A stretch of 64,000 bases of DNA. It comes from Mustelus asterias (Eukaryota). Below the pieces are notes generated by a model that saw nothing but the letters and a program-made list of their open reading frames with translations, did no database searches and was not told the DNA's origin. The stretch lies in NCBI RefSeq assembly GCF_964213995.1, contig NC_135809.1:29884001-29948000 (forward strand), read 5' to 3'. Shown one piece after another: positions 52,110-64,000 of this stretch; the first letter of the stretch is position 1, and the number at the start of each line of letters is the position of its first letter. A program made the position numbers and the translations under genes.

Positions 52110-54500
52110 CACATTTTACAGCACAGAACGAGGCCACGTGGTCCATCATGCCTGTGCCAGATCTTCGAATAAGCTATCATCCCCACATCGCCACCACAGC
52201 TTTCCCTTGTAATCTTACATATTATTCCTTTTCAAGTACAGGTTCAATCACCTTTTGAAAGTTCCTGTGGAAGCTGCTTCCACCAAAAGGTGGTGCATTC
52301 CTGATCTAAAAAACCGTGTAAAGAAATTTCTTCCAATTTTCCTTTCTAGCTCTTGGATCAATTATTATAAGACTGGTTAAAAATCTACTTGCATGAGGCA
52401 ACAATTTCTCTGTACTTACTCCATCAAAACCCCTCAATTTTGAATACATCTATTAGATTTCCCCTTAACCTGCTCCTCACATTAAACACTCTTAACTTCT
52501 CTAATCTCTCCACATAAATGAAGTCCATTATCCAAGGTAACATCCTGGTAAACTTGTGCTAAACCCTCTCCAAAACCTTGAAATCTTTCCTGAATACTTT
52601 TGCCCAAAACTATACACCAAACTCAGATTAATGAAGGTACAGCATGACTTCCACACGGTTTTGTATTCCACAAGTTAAACCATCAGCAAGATTTACTGCA
52701 GCTACTCACCAAGGATCCACGAACAGCACCTGATACCCCTCGACTGCTATGACTAAGAAAGGCTTCAGGCATGTGGGAACACCAACACTTCCAAGTCTCA
52801 CACCATCCTGACTTGGAACTACATTGGCTCCTTCAGTGTCACTGGGTCAAAATCCTGAAACTTGCTCCTTAACAACACTGTGGGTACAATTAATGCCTCC
52901 TCCGCAGCATATCCTGCTCACCACCTTATCAAGTGCAATGAGAGATGGGCAATAAGGCACACATCCCGTGAGTGAATAAAAAGTTAAATTCAATGCACTT
53001 ATTTACATAACCAAGTATCCTACAATTCCTTACCCACAGCTTGCCCTGTCCCTTTCAAGGACGTGCACCTCCACATCCCCCCTACTCCTGCAGCCCCACC
53101 CTTAAAATAGTATTTAGATTATACTGCCGTTCCCAGTTTAATCTCTCAATGTGCATCACTTCACACTTACCTACATTAACTTGCCTCTGCAATGCGTCTG
53201 TCCATTTCACCAGTGTGTCAATATCATTCACCTTTAACTAAGCTGTCATATCTTGTATCATCCACTAACTTCAAAACAGTTCTCCCTATGATGAATTTCA
53301 GGTCATCTATACAGAATCACGGAATAAGGAAATTAACAGTAATAAGTAATGACTCCTGGGGAACCCCAATGCATTCTTGTCTCCAGTCAGAAAAACATCT
53401 TCTCACTTGTACTCTTTGTTTCCTAACCCTTAGCCAATTACATACCCAAGTTACCACCATTCTTTATTACCATGTGGTTCTATTTTATCAAAGTCTGTTA
53501 TATGCACTTTGTCAAATGCCTTTTGAAAGTCCATGTACTCATTTATTGCATCGTTGACCCACTTGTGTTACTTCAGAGAAATCAATCAGGTTAGTCGACA
53601 TAAATTGTCTTTAAAAAACTTGTATTGGCTGACCAATGCTTTCCCAAGTAAGAACTAATATTGTCCTTGACACAAGCCTCTGGTGGCATTCTGAACACTG
53701 GCATTGGACTGATTGACTTACAATTATTAGACTTACCCATCTTAGCTTTTTTGGGACCATAACATTACCAGTTCTCTATCACCATACCCATAATTAAAGA
53801 GGATTGAAAGATTGAGTCATAGAATAGAATATCTATGGTGCAGGAGGAGACCATTCAGCCTTCACCGACTCTCCAACAGAGCTTCTTACTCAGGCGCTAT
53901 CCCCGTGACTCCATATATTTAACCCCTTAACCATCTTGGGACATTAAAGAGCAATTGTGCATGGTCAATCCACCTAATCTGGACATTTTTGGGTTGTGGG
54001 AAGAAACCAGAGCACCCGGAGGAAACCCACGCAGACATGGGGAAAACATGCAAACTCCACACAGTCACCCAAGGCTGGAATTGAACCCGGATCCCTGGCG
54101 CTGTGAGGCAGCAGTGTTAACCACTGCACCACCATGCCACCCACGTTGGTCACAGCAACTATTATCTTCACTTAGCCTCCCTCGGCAACCTAGGATATGT
54201 CCCATCTAGACTGGGTGACTTCTTAGCTTTGAAGGACGACAGTTTATAGAACAAATCCTTTCTACATACTTTCATACCATCCAATAGTTCTACTCTCCAT
54301 TTTGCCATTGTAACATTAACTTTATCCTCCTCTTTTGAAGACAGAGGCAAAGTACTCAATTATCAGTTATGCCTCCACAAGAAGGTCCCTAATCATCAGC
54401 ACCATACCTTTCACCATCGTTTACTTTTTATGTGATCATAAAAAGATTTTGAGATTGCCTTTCACACTATCCATTAATGTTTTTCATTACTAGCTTGCTG
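52110..54500 (-). mobile_element. Old CR1 LINE interrupted by a LINE family 2 3' end (about 52670-52985, +) and a SINE
   Basis: aacatcctggtaaac, accctctccaaaacc, gactcctggggaacccc, gtcaaatgccttttgaaagtcca. Confidence 0.75.
53815..54140 (-). mobile_element. HE1-type SINE
   Basis: Head, V domain and CR1 tail in reverse. Confidence 0.9.
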
Positions 54501-54544
54501 CCCTTGTAGCACGTCCAACAAAATAAGGGATAATTCTAGATTGA

Positions 54545-55814
54545 GGGCACAATTCTCTGGCCCCGGGCAATCATGCACAAATCACGCTAGGGTTAGAGAA
54601 TCACGTGGGTGGAACCAAACTGGTGTTAGTGCCGACGATAACCCCTTTGGGATTCTCCCAATTCCCGGACCCCAACATAAACTGTTTCACGCCCTTGCCG
54701 AGCATGACCAGATCAGCATATTTAAATATTCATTTGAAAATGCAGGGTTAATTTAGGGCCGGATCCTCCAGCTTCTACAATTTTCTGACCCTCGGGCGCA
54801 GTGAGAAACTGGCGCAAATCACTATTGGTCTCCAATTGTGGAGACCAGTTGTGAAAGCTACTTGGACCGCTTGGAGGCCGGGTGGTTGGGGAAAATAACT
54901 AAGTAGTGTCCTGGTACTGCCACCAGCACCTTGGCCGAGCCAGGTTGGCACTGGCAGGTTGGCACTTACAGGGTGCTTGGTTGGCAGTGTCAAGGAGGGG
55001 CTCCTCAAGGGTGGGGTCTGAAGAGGCAGCCCTTAGCAATCCTATAGCAGGGTGTCGCTCACTTGGAGGTGGCAAAGGCTTCTGATACCAGTGATGAAAG
55101 ACAGATTTTAGCTGGCGAGTAGAACAAAGAACAAAGAACAGTACAGCACAGGAAACAGGCCCTTCGGCCCTCCAAGCCTGTGCCGCTCCTTGGTCCAACT
55201 AGACCAATCGTTTGTATCCCTCCATTCCCAGGCTGCTCATGTGACTATCCAGGTAAGTCTTAAACGATGTCAGCGTGCCTGCCTCCACCACCCTACTTGG
55301 CAGCGCATTCCAGGCCCCCACCACCCTCTGTGTAAAAAACGTCCCTCTGATGTCTGAGTTATACTTCGCCCCTCTCAGCTTGAGCCCGTGACCCCTCGTG
55401 ATCGTCACCTCCGACCTGGGAAAAAGCTTCCCACTGTTCACCCTATCTATACCCTTCATAATCTTGTATACCTCTATTAGATCTCCCCTCATTCTCCGTC
55501 TTTCCAAGGAGAATAACCCCAGTCTACCCAATCTCTCCTCATAGCTAAGACCCTCCATACCAGGCAACATCCTGGTAAACCTTCTCTGCACTCTCTCCAA
55601 TGCCTCCACGTCCTTCTGGTAGTGCGGCAAGGAAAGGTGTGCAGGCTTGTCTGGAGATTGGACGCCCTTGAAGCCGGCCTTGCTTGGGAGTCCCCACTCT
55701 AAAAGAAATTTAAGTCTGGGTGAATTGCGAACTGAATTGCACCAAATCCCCTGGGGGAATCTCATCGGTTTTCTTGCTGGGGACAACACTTAGAAATTTT
55801 TGGGGAGAATTTTA
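54545..55814. mobile_element. Harbinger-type MITE hosting a young CR1
   Basis: gggcacaattctc ... gagaattttagc ends; internal similarity to other MITEs in the window. Confidence 0.6.
55120..55630 (-). mobile_element. Young 5'-truncated CR1, second subfamily
   Basis: Open frame LPHYQKDVEALERVQRRFTRMLPG...TRGHGLKL...FFTQRVVGAWNALP; (agaacaa)n tail. Confidence 0.95.
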
Positions 55815-55849
55815 GCAAACTAAGTCGGGCACCTGGAAGTGCCATCGGC

Positions 55850-57055
55850 GAGAGAAAGAAATTGGTAGTGATCATAATTCAATCAGAAATAGAGCAGTTA
55901 TGAAAAAGGATAATGAAAAACCAAAAGTTTTATATTGAGGAAAGGCCAATTTTACCAAGCTGAGATGTGATTTAGCAAAAGTGGATTGGAACTGCTACCT
56001 GAAGGTAAATCAGTATCAGAGCAGTGGGAAGAAGTAAGGTGGAGATAGAAGGGGTTCCGATCAAGTGTGTCCCAACAATGATAAAGGTAACACTCCCAAA
56101 TCAAACCCCCCTCCGCATTCTCACTGCGCCATCCCCCCTTCCAACCAGATATGAAAGAGTACACAGAGTATGATAAAATGTAGAAAGGAAAGTTTATGTC
56201 AGATACTGACAGCTAAATGGAATCCCAAGCGCAGTATCAAAACATCAGGGGAGAGGTGAAAAAGCAAATTGGGAAAGCAAAGAAAGGATTTGAAAAAATA
56301 TTGGCAATTAAAATCACAGGTCATGCAATATGTTTTGAGGCTACATAAAGAACCTGAGGATAACTCAGGAAAAGGTATTCCAATTAGAGCCCGAAAAGGT
56401 AACCTTTATGCAAAAGAGAACACAGTAGTATGGTTCTTAATCAGTACTGTGTCTGTCTTCATCAACAGAGGGGAATGATGCAAATACTGTTGTTAAGGAA
56501 AAGATGTATGGAATATTGGGTGGGTGAACCATGGTAAATGAGGTTTAACTTGTTTGAAAGCAGGTAAATTACTAGACTCAGACGAAATACAGCAGAGGTT
56601 GCTTAAAGAAGCAAGGGAATAAATAGCAGAGACTCTGACCATCATTTTTGCAAGCCTCCCTGACCACAGACATGGTGCCAGAAGACTGCTAACAATTACC
56701 ATTGTTTAAAATGGGAAGACGAGATAAAGCAACTATTTACAACTCAATCAGCTTGATCTCGGTAGTGGGAAAATTATTGGAAAATTCTGATGAACAGTAT
56801 AAATCATCACATCGAAATGCGCAATTTAGGACAGTCAGTGTGGATTTGTTCAGGGACGGTCAAGTCTGTCTAATTTGATTGAATTTTGCAGGCGGTAATA
56901 AGGAGTGCTGATGGGATTGGTGTCTTTGCGGTAGCTGATGTGAATTGTCCGAAGGTTTTTGACAAGGCCCTACATGGCATTTGGGTCGGAAAAGTAATAG
57001 CTCAAGAGATCAGATGGCAAGTAATAAAGAGCAGCCAAACTTGGCTCAGTAGGAA
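55850..57055 (+). mobile_element. Old CR1 ORF2 relic (endonuclease-RT linker and RT start)
   Basis: ggtagtgatcataattcaatcag (SDHN), actgctaac...ccattgtttaaa, KVFDKALHG. Confidence 0.75.
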
Positions 57056-57066
57056 GGACTGTAGGA

Positions 57067-57260
57067 AGTCCAAAGATGTGCGGGTTAGGTTGATTGGCCA
57101 TGCTAAAATTGCCCCTTAGTATCCTGGGATGCGTAGATTAGAGGGATTAGCGGGTAAAATATGTAGGGATATGGGGGTAGGGCCTGGGTGGGATTGTGGT
57201 CGGTGCAGACTCGATGGGCCGAATGGCCTCTTTCTGTACTGTAGGGTTTCTATGATTTCT
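57067..57260 (+). mobile_element. 5'-truncated HE1-type SINE
   Basis: agtccaaagatgtgcgggttagg through CR1 tail. Confidence 0.88.
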
Positions 57261-57416
57261 AATACCTCATTGCACCTTGATTCTAGACTCGGGAACCCAC
57301 GTGAAACACTGGATGGAATTCTCCCTAAAAATTTCTATGTGTTGTCCTCGGTGGGAAAACCGGTTACATTCCTCCTGGAAAGATTGGTGCAATTCAATTC
57401 GCCATTCAACCACATT

Positions 57417-57650
57417 CCCAAGGTAAGGACAGCAGATTTCCTTCCCTAAAAGGATATTAGTGAACCAGATGGGTTTTTCTGACAATCAACAATGGTTTCA
57501 TGGTCATCGGTAGATTCTTAATTCCAGATATTTTTTTGAATTCAAAGTCCACCATCTGCCGTGGTAAGATTCAAACCCGGGTCCCCAGAACATTAGCGGC
57601 CTTACTGGATTAATCGTCTAGCGATAATACCACTAGGCCCTCACTTCCCC
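57417..57650 (-). mobile_element. Deu-domain tRNA SINE
   Basis: Reverse tRNA head (ggcctagtggtattatcgctagac, cccgggtttgaatc) and aaacccatctggttcactaat core. Confidence 0.8.
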
Positions 57651-60129
57651 AAGTGCACGGGACTAATTTGCTGTTTGTCCTTCATCAAAACTTGATAAAA
57701 GTTAAAACTACCTCCATTAAATTTCAAATGAATTAATAGGGGTCAACAAGGGCTTATAAAAGTTAGGGGAGTTAAAATGAGTGCAATTGCCTGGAGAGAA
57801 AACAGAGGCAAAAATGTACATATGAAAGCAGAGGTTATAAAGTAATAATATAAAGAGAAAGAAGGAATGGATTTAGTTCAGATCCAGAAAAAAAGAGAAG
57901 CTGTATCAATGTGCTCTTCTCTTAAACGGCAGAGAAAGGGATATTGACAGAGAGTCTGCTAAACAAGGATATTGCTGACCTAGTCCGCAATTCTGTGCGG
58001 AATAGTTTTACTAAATCTAATCTAATAACAAATTTTAAAAGATACAACCTAGATTCTTAAGGGCTTTTGAATTATTAGCAAACCACTATAAGTGGGGCAA
58101 AGGGCCAAGAGGCTAATAGTGTCTCTCATAGCAAAGCGTTCACTGCGTTTTCTTGAGTGGATCCAATGGATGGTGCAAAGTGTAAAACTGTAAAATGTGT
58201 TATTCTTATTGCTTATGACATAATGCCTGAAGCATACAGGCAAAAATGTAAGAAGCTGCAGAAAACTCCCTTTGGTACTTAGAGAATTAGTCATACAGCT
58301 AGAGGATATTTGGAAATTGTGGTTAGTCGGGGAGAATGTAACAGATTATAATGGACTACATTAACTGATCTTTCTGAAACTATTTCCAGATGGATCAAAT
58401 ATATGTGTTTTTCTTTCCGTTTGACAGGGAGTGCAAGATTTCAAAACATTTAGAGGAATGATGCAAGCAAATGCTGGAAAATCATTGCACAGGTGAGAAA
58501 CTAGATGCTCATGCTATTGCTGAACCAAATAAAACACACATGTGCCATGAGGCTACATAACCCCAGCTAAGTAGATGTTTCAAATGCGACAGAACCAGGA
58601 TAAAGTGAACACCTGCTGCTACTTAGCAGGATCTGTGACATAGTTTGGCAAATTGATCGCAACCATAAATTAAGATATGACTAGCTGTGTGGTGATGATA
58701 GACATGGGAGTCAGACAAACGTGGCTGCATGACGCAAGGGGGAGGCTTGATTTACTGCAACCAGAGCTGATATGAACTGACCAGCAGATGAAGGGCTGGA
58801 CTGCTCAAATTTAGAGGCTGCACGGATTATAAATTCACCACCGGTCAGAGTTTGGTTGGAAACTTTAAAAAATTCTTTCATGGGGCGTTGGTATCGCCGA
58901 CAAGGCCAGCATTTGATGCCCATCCTAATTGCCCGTGAAAAGAAATTTTACTTCGGCAATAATAAAAGCAGTGTTTCATCATTTGAGTTTTTAATAGTGA
59001 ACGATAATGAAGGCATGACAACTAAACTATTTGGCAAAGCAAAGGCCAGAGGTGCAAAAGGAAACAAAGGCTTTGTCAGCTTAACTCAATCAGCTGGATC
59101 AGTCAAAGACACAACTTTCAGAGATGGGGGCCACCATGTTTAAAAGTGGGGCTCCAAGCATAGAGAAGACATTTGCAATTAAGCAATCATACATAAATTG
59201 TAATTTGACATCCAATTGATCAGTTAAACCTGGTAGTCCAAGTTCAGTGGCATTAAGCATAAAACTAATCCCACAAATGGAGTCTGAGGTGATGTAACCA
59301 AAGTGCTCAGACCTCAAAGTATGTTCCAACTTCAAAGAGTTAACTTAATCCAGGGAGTATGTTATTGGTCAGCCAAGTATGCCCATCATGTTTGTCGCCC
59401 TTTGCTTCAATTTATATGGTCAACCATAACATTGAGCTCCACCATCTGTCCTCCAGCATTCTGAGAATCTATCTTATCCTCGTCTCAATGCTATTAGCCC
59501 CAAAGAAACAAGTGTATCTCCAGAAATGTTTTATTCTGCCATATGATTATGGCTGGAATTCCACAACACAGATTATCTAACATCAAATCACCAATGAGCC
59601 ATTGTTTTATCTAACTGAGAGGACTGAAGCCATAATTTCTTACCTCCACCAAAATGCCACTTCCTTGCTTTCCTCAGCTTCTCACGCATGGCGAACATGA
59701 TCGTGTCTAACTCATACATCCTATTCAAATCAAGGTGGAACTTCAAATCTCAAGCCATTTCACACTCAGTTCATTTCCTTCTACAATTTGCTCCAAACAC
59801 CATCCTTGCCAAACCGTTGCCAGCACAAAAATATCTCCCCACACTTCCATCGCCTTCTTGATGGTTCCCAAATTTCATTCTCCAGAAATTCCAAATTCTT
59901 CACACTCATTGGACTGTACTTTCTGGGCTCAGAGAGATGGATTTGGAAATCGGGAAACTGTTGGAATGGTTCCCTGATGCTTGCTCGCTTCTGGGTAATT
60001 TCCCCAAGGGCGGCTACATTGGGAATCTGTAGCCTGCTCCGTGGAAACATGCAAGCAATAAAGCCAATTAAGGGCCATTTTCCCTCGTCACTGCAACTTT
60101 CCTAGTATTGAACTAGATCCTGCCACTAT

Positions 60130-60887
60130 GGGGGCAATTTTACCATCGTGTTGCGCCCATTTGTGGACATGACGCGGTGGTAAAGACAAGCGTGAAGCAC
60201 ATAGCGCGATTGGCACCGGTTTTTGTGACAGGCGCCATTTTACGAGTGCCGGATTTCCAGCGCAGTCACCTCTCGCCGGAAATGGGCGAGAGGCAGGTTA
60301 ATGTATTTAACTTCATTGTAACACTGTTTTACATCTGCCTAGTGAGGCTGGCGCCCAATCATCCGATCCTGCCCCCCCCCCCCCCCCCATGACCTCGCCA
60401 GAAAAGGTTCTCGCCGGTGAGGAATAGACATTCTTCCCATTAACGGGGAGCAGTTGACTTGGCCTCGCCGGTGGAACCGGAGGCCATTGAGGCCCCCCAG
60501 GGAGACTGAGGGCAAGGGCGGGGGTACCCCTTGAGCAATCCCAAATTGGGGGCTGCATCTTGGGCCGCGGGCCCCTGCGATTGCAGGCGGCGGGAGGGGG
60601 GGCGGGTAAGGGGGGCTGCTTCAGGCAGCCGGCACTAGCAGGGGCCTGACAGCTCTCTCTTTTCTGTCAGACCCCTGCTACTGCTAATGTGCATGTGCAG
60701 CATCAGAGACCTGCACATGCACACTACCTCCCTCTGCAGGTGAAGCCCTGCCCACAGGCTTCCTCAGAATTTTGCAGGCAGAGTGCATATGGGGAGGCCT
60801 GAAAACACACACAAAAGTTGGACCTGAAACTCTCCCACTTTCAAGTCCGCCCAGCATTTAGGGAAAATAAAAGGTAAAATCGCTCCC
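60130..60887. mobile_element. Harbinger-type MITE, GC-rich
   Basis: TIRs gggggcaattttacc / ggtaaaatcgctccc. Confidence 0.75.
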
Positions 60888-61784
60888 ATTGCATCCGTAG
60901 TCTGGCAGCGCTGTGGTAACAACTTCTCACTGGGAGGACGTCGGGCCGTGGTTGGCTGAATTAATTGGCTGCAGTGTTCATAGGGGATCCAGACGTGGTG
61001 CCAGGCACTCTTCCGGACGGGTCAACCCTACACCCCGAGGCCCCATGCGCTATATTGTAGCCTCTTTCATCACTTTATGAATATCTCCATTTTGAAGCCT
61101 ACTATAAGGTTTGGTTTCCCTCATCTCAGTGCTCTTGTTGGGGCTTCACCTGTTTTCGCTGTGGGCCCTCCTGTTGGTCTCCCACTTTCTTGGTCCACTC
61201 GCCATCCTTCATTGGATAGCAAATGCAGAGGCAGCCAATTAGATGGCTGCCTCACAAAGTTGCTCCGGTGGAATTGGGAGCCGCATTTGGTACTGGCACT
61301 CAGAAAAATTCAATCCATTCAACCCCATCCTGATTCACAGTTTGTCATGTTTGCCTCCTGTCTTTTAAACCATACAAGTTAAAACCCATGTTCTCACTTA
61401 CTAATACCGTCAGGGATTTACACCCACAGCCCCTGACCCAGCCCTCCTGAATCTCTGCAAATCCTCTCCACTTCTCTGGTTCCAGCCTCCTGTTCATCTC
61501 CCTTTTCTTTTGGTCCATCAGTGATTTAGTCACCCAGACCCTGTTCCACCGCAGCACTTCTTTTCCTGCTTATATAAACCCTGCGAAAAGCTCCAACCTT
61601 GGCCTGCTCTAATCAATATAAACCCCCACCCCCACAGGGTTAGGAGTTAAAAGATTCAACTTGGGGAAAAATGTCCCCAACCTACCCTGTATGTGCCTTC
61701 TGCCATTTAACGCCATTTAACACTGGCAGGTTGCATGTTGTGTGGGTCTGTCCTCTTTTGGAGAGGCTATGTGTTTCATTATAA

Positions 61785-62165
61785 TAGGGTACATTAGTAT
61801 AGATATTATTATTACTAGACTAGTAATCCAGAGACCTGAACAAATGACCCGTGGCAGCTGGGGGAATTTAACTCCAATTAATTATGTAAAAGCTGAAATA
61901 AAACACTTGTATCAGCAATGATGACCATAAAATTACTAGATTGTTTGAAAAGCCCATCTGTTTCACTAAGGTCCTTTGGAGAAGGAAAGCTGCCATCTTT
62001 ACTGGTCCGGTCTATAAGTGACTCCAGACTCTCAGCAATGTGATTGACACATAACTGGGTATCTCAATTGTATTCAAGAAGGCAGGTCACCACCCCTTTC
62101 TCAAGGGCGATTAGGGTGGAGCAACAAATGCTGGATTTGCCAGCACTTCCTACCAATGAATAAAA
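61785..62165 (+). mobile_element. Deu-domain SINE (SacSINE1-like)
   Basis: Homologous to 14786-15165; tail ttctcaagggcgattagggtgg.gcaacaaatgctgg. Confidence 0.75.
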
Positions 62166-62574
62166 ACATTTTGTAGATCCCACAACGAGATTAGGAGCCC
62201 AATTCAAATTTAATAGCTGCCTTCTAGGCTGAAAAAATAACTTTGACTTGCTGCTACCCATAGGAGGTCACCCAAGATCAGAGTGAGAACCAGCCAATTT
62301 TCTTCCCTTCCTCAGTTGGCAAGCTGCAGTGAGCCATCATAGCTCACAAAGGCAGCATGCTCACTTTTGGACCACGATCAAATTTCCCCTACTTCATTTT
62401 CCGTAAGTTCTTCCAGCTATCCTTAATTTTCTTTTATGATCCACTAACATAAAGGGAACTAACTTCAAACAGCACAGTCTGTGGTAAATTAAACTGCAAG
62501 TGGCTGTAATTATTAATTATTTTCTAAGGAAGCATTTTATAATAAATGTACAATGTATTTTTGAATTTTTTTCT

Positions 62575-63790
62575 ATTTAATTCATTCACAGTATGTGGGC
62601 ATCACTGGCAACGTCAGTAATTATTGCCCTTGCCTTTTTGTCCCCGAGAAGGTGGTACTGCTTTGGTACTGCTGTAGCCCGTATGATGAAGTTAAACTCT
62701 CAGTGCTGTTAGGGAGAGAGTTACATGATTATAACCCAGCAATAATGAAGGAATAGCTAGCGAGATATGTCCAAATCAAGATGATGAGTGACTCGAAGGA
62801 GAATTTGAAGATAGTGGCATTCCCAAGCATCTGCTGCCCTTGCCAATTTTAGCTGGTCAGGTAGTAGAGGTCATGGACCCAGTAGGTGCTGTCAAAGACG
62901 CACTGACAAATTGCTGTAGTGTACCTTGTACACGGCGCACACTGCACAATGTGCCAATGGTGGTGGGGGTGAATGTTTAAGGTGGTTTTTGGGTTCCAAT
63001 TCAGAGGGCTACTTGTTCCAAATGGTGTTAAGCTTCTTTACTGTTATTGGAGTTGCACTCATCAAGGCATCACTCCGAACTTGTGAAGGAAAGTTTTTGA
63101 TGAATTATTCACCACAGACTACTCAGCCTCTGATCTGCTCTTGTAGCCACAGTGTATGTGACTGATCCAGTTACATTTCTGATCAATGGTGTTGTTCAAG
63201 TTTACCATATTTATTGTAATATCACGAAACATCAAGATAAGGGGGTTAGAATCTCTCTTGACGGAGATGTTATTGCCTGGCACTTGTGTGGCTCAAATGT
63301 TACTTGCCACCTACCAGCCCAAGCCGGATGTTGTGACACACAAGCATTTTCATTTTCTGAGGAATTGTGAATGAATCTGAACACCCAAAATGAATATTCA
63401 AGTGCTGCTTGTCTAAATACTGAGTAAGTGCTGCTTGGTAGTACTGTTGATGACACCTTGCTGATGATTGAAAATAGGCTGATACTATAATTACCGGATT
63501 GGATTTATTCTATTTTATGTGGATAGGACACACCTGGGCAAATATTTCAATTATAGTGGAACAGCTAGGCTAGAAGTGCAGTTATTTCCATTGCACAATT
63601 CTTCAGCACCTCAACCGCCAAGTTGTTGAGGTCCATAGCCTCTTGCTTCATGATATCAGGTCAAATGAATCAAACTGGTGGAAGATCAGCATCTCTGATA
63701 GTGAGACCCCGAGGAGGGGGCTAATATGGATCCTCCACTCAGCTCTTCTGGCTGAAGATGGCAGTGAGTACTTCAGCTTTGTCTTCTTCA
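62575..63790 (-). mobile_element. LINE family 2, decayed
   Basis: AWAGRWQVTFEPHKCQAIT; reverse of 3' end and of the 21200-22900 sequence. Confidence 0.8.
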
Positions 63791-63794
63791 TTCG

Positions 63795-64000
63795 TAAGAC
63801 CATAAGATATAAGAGCAGAATTGGGCCATGTGGCCCATCGAGTCTGCTCCATCATTCAATCATGGCTGATGAGTTTCTGAACTCCACTCTCCTGCCTTTT
63901 CCCCATAACCTTTGATCCCCTTTCCAATCAAGAATCTATCTATCTCTGTCTTAAATACAACAAGTCACCTGGCCTCCACAGCCTTCTGTGGCAATGAATT
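63795..64000 (-). mobile_element. CR1 3' end (third tail type), runs off window
   Basis: taagaccataagatataagagcagaattgggcca tail; ggcctccacagccttctgtggcaatgaatt. Confidence 0.85.

Noticed and set aside
1-64000. CRISPR array, prokaryotic operon or DNA-virus insertion
   Set aside because: No regularly spaced repeat-spacer units, dense ORFs or viral hallmark proteins; content is vertebrate transposon-derived.

Overview
Eukaryotic, repeat-dense, apparently gene-poor DNA (intron or intergenic) from a cartilaginous fish. The assignment rests on HE1-type tRNA/V-domain SINEs, Deu-type SINEs and CR1 LINEs with microsatellite tails. The only long intact ORFs are reverse-transcriptase fragments of young 5'-truncated CR1 LINEs. 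The rest is nested relics of CR1, L2-like, RTE and Rex1 LINEs, Ty3/Gypsy LTR elements, PIF/Harbinger transposons and MITEs, and Penelope-like ends. No host gene could be identified confidently; a few splice-site-bounded candidate exons are weak. Two observations stand out. (1) A decayed Gypsy element (about 17.2-20.0 kb) carries an intron-free fragment of the nuclear-basket nucleoporin TPR coiled coil after gag-protease, where IN/RT should be. (2) Penelope-type ends carry minimal hammerhead ribozymes, including a TSD-flanked foldback with one hammerhead on each strand and a compensatory stem I change in another copy. Family names come from recalled consensus features, not database searches, and boundaries of old repeats are approximate.
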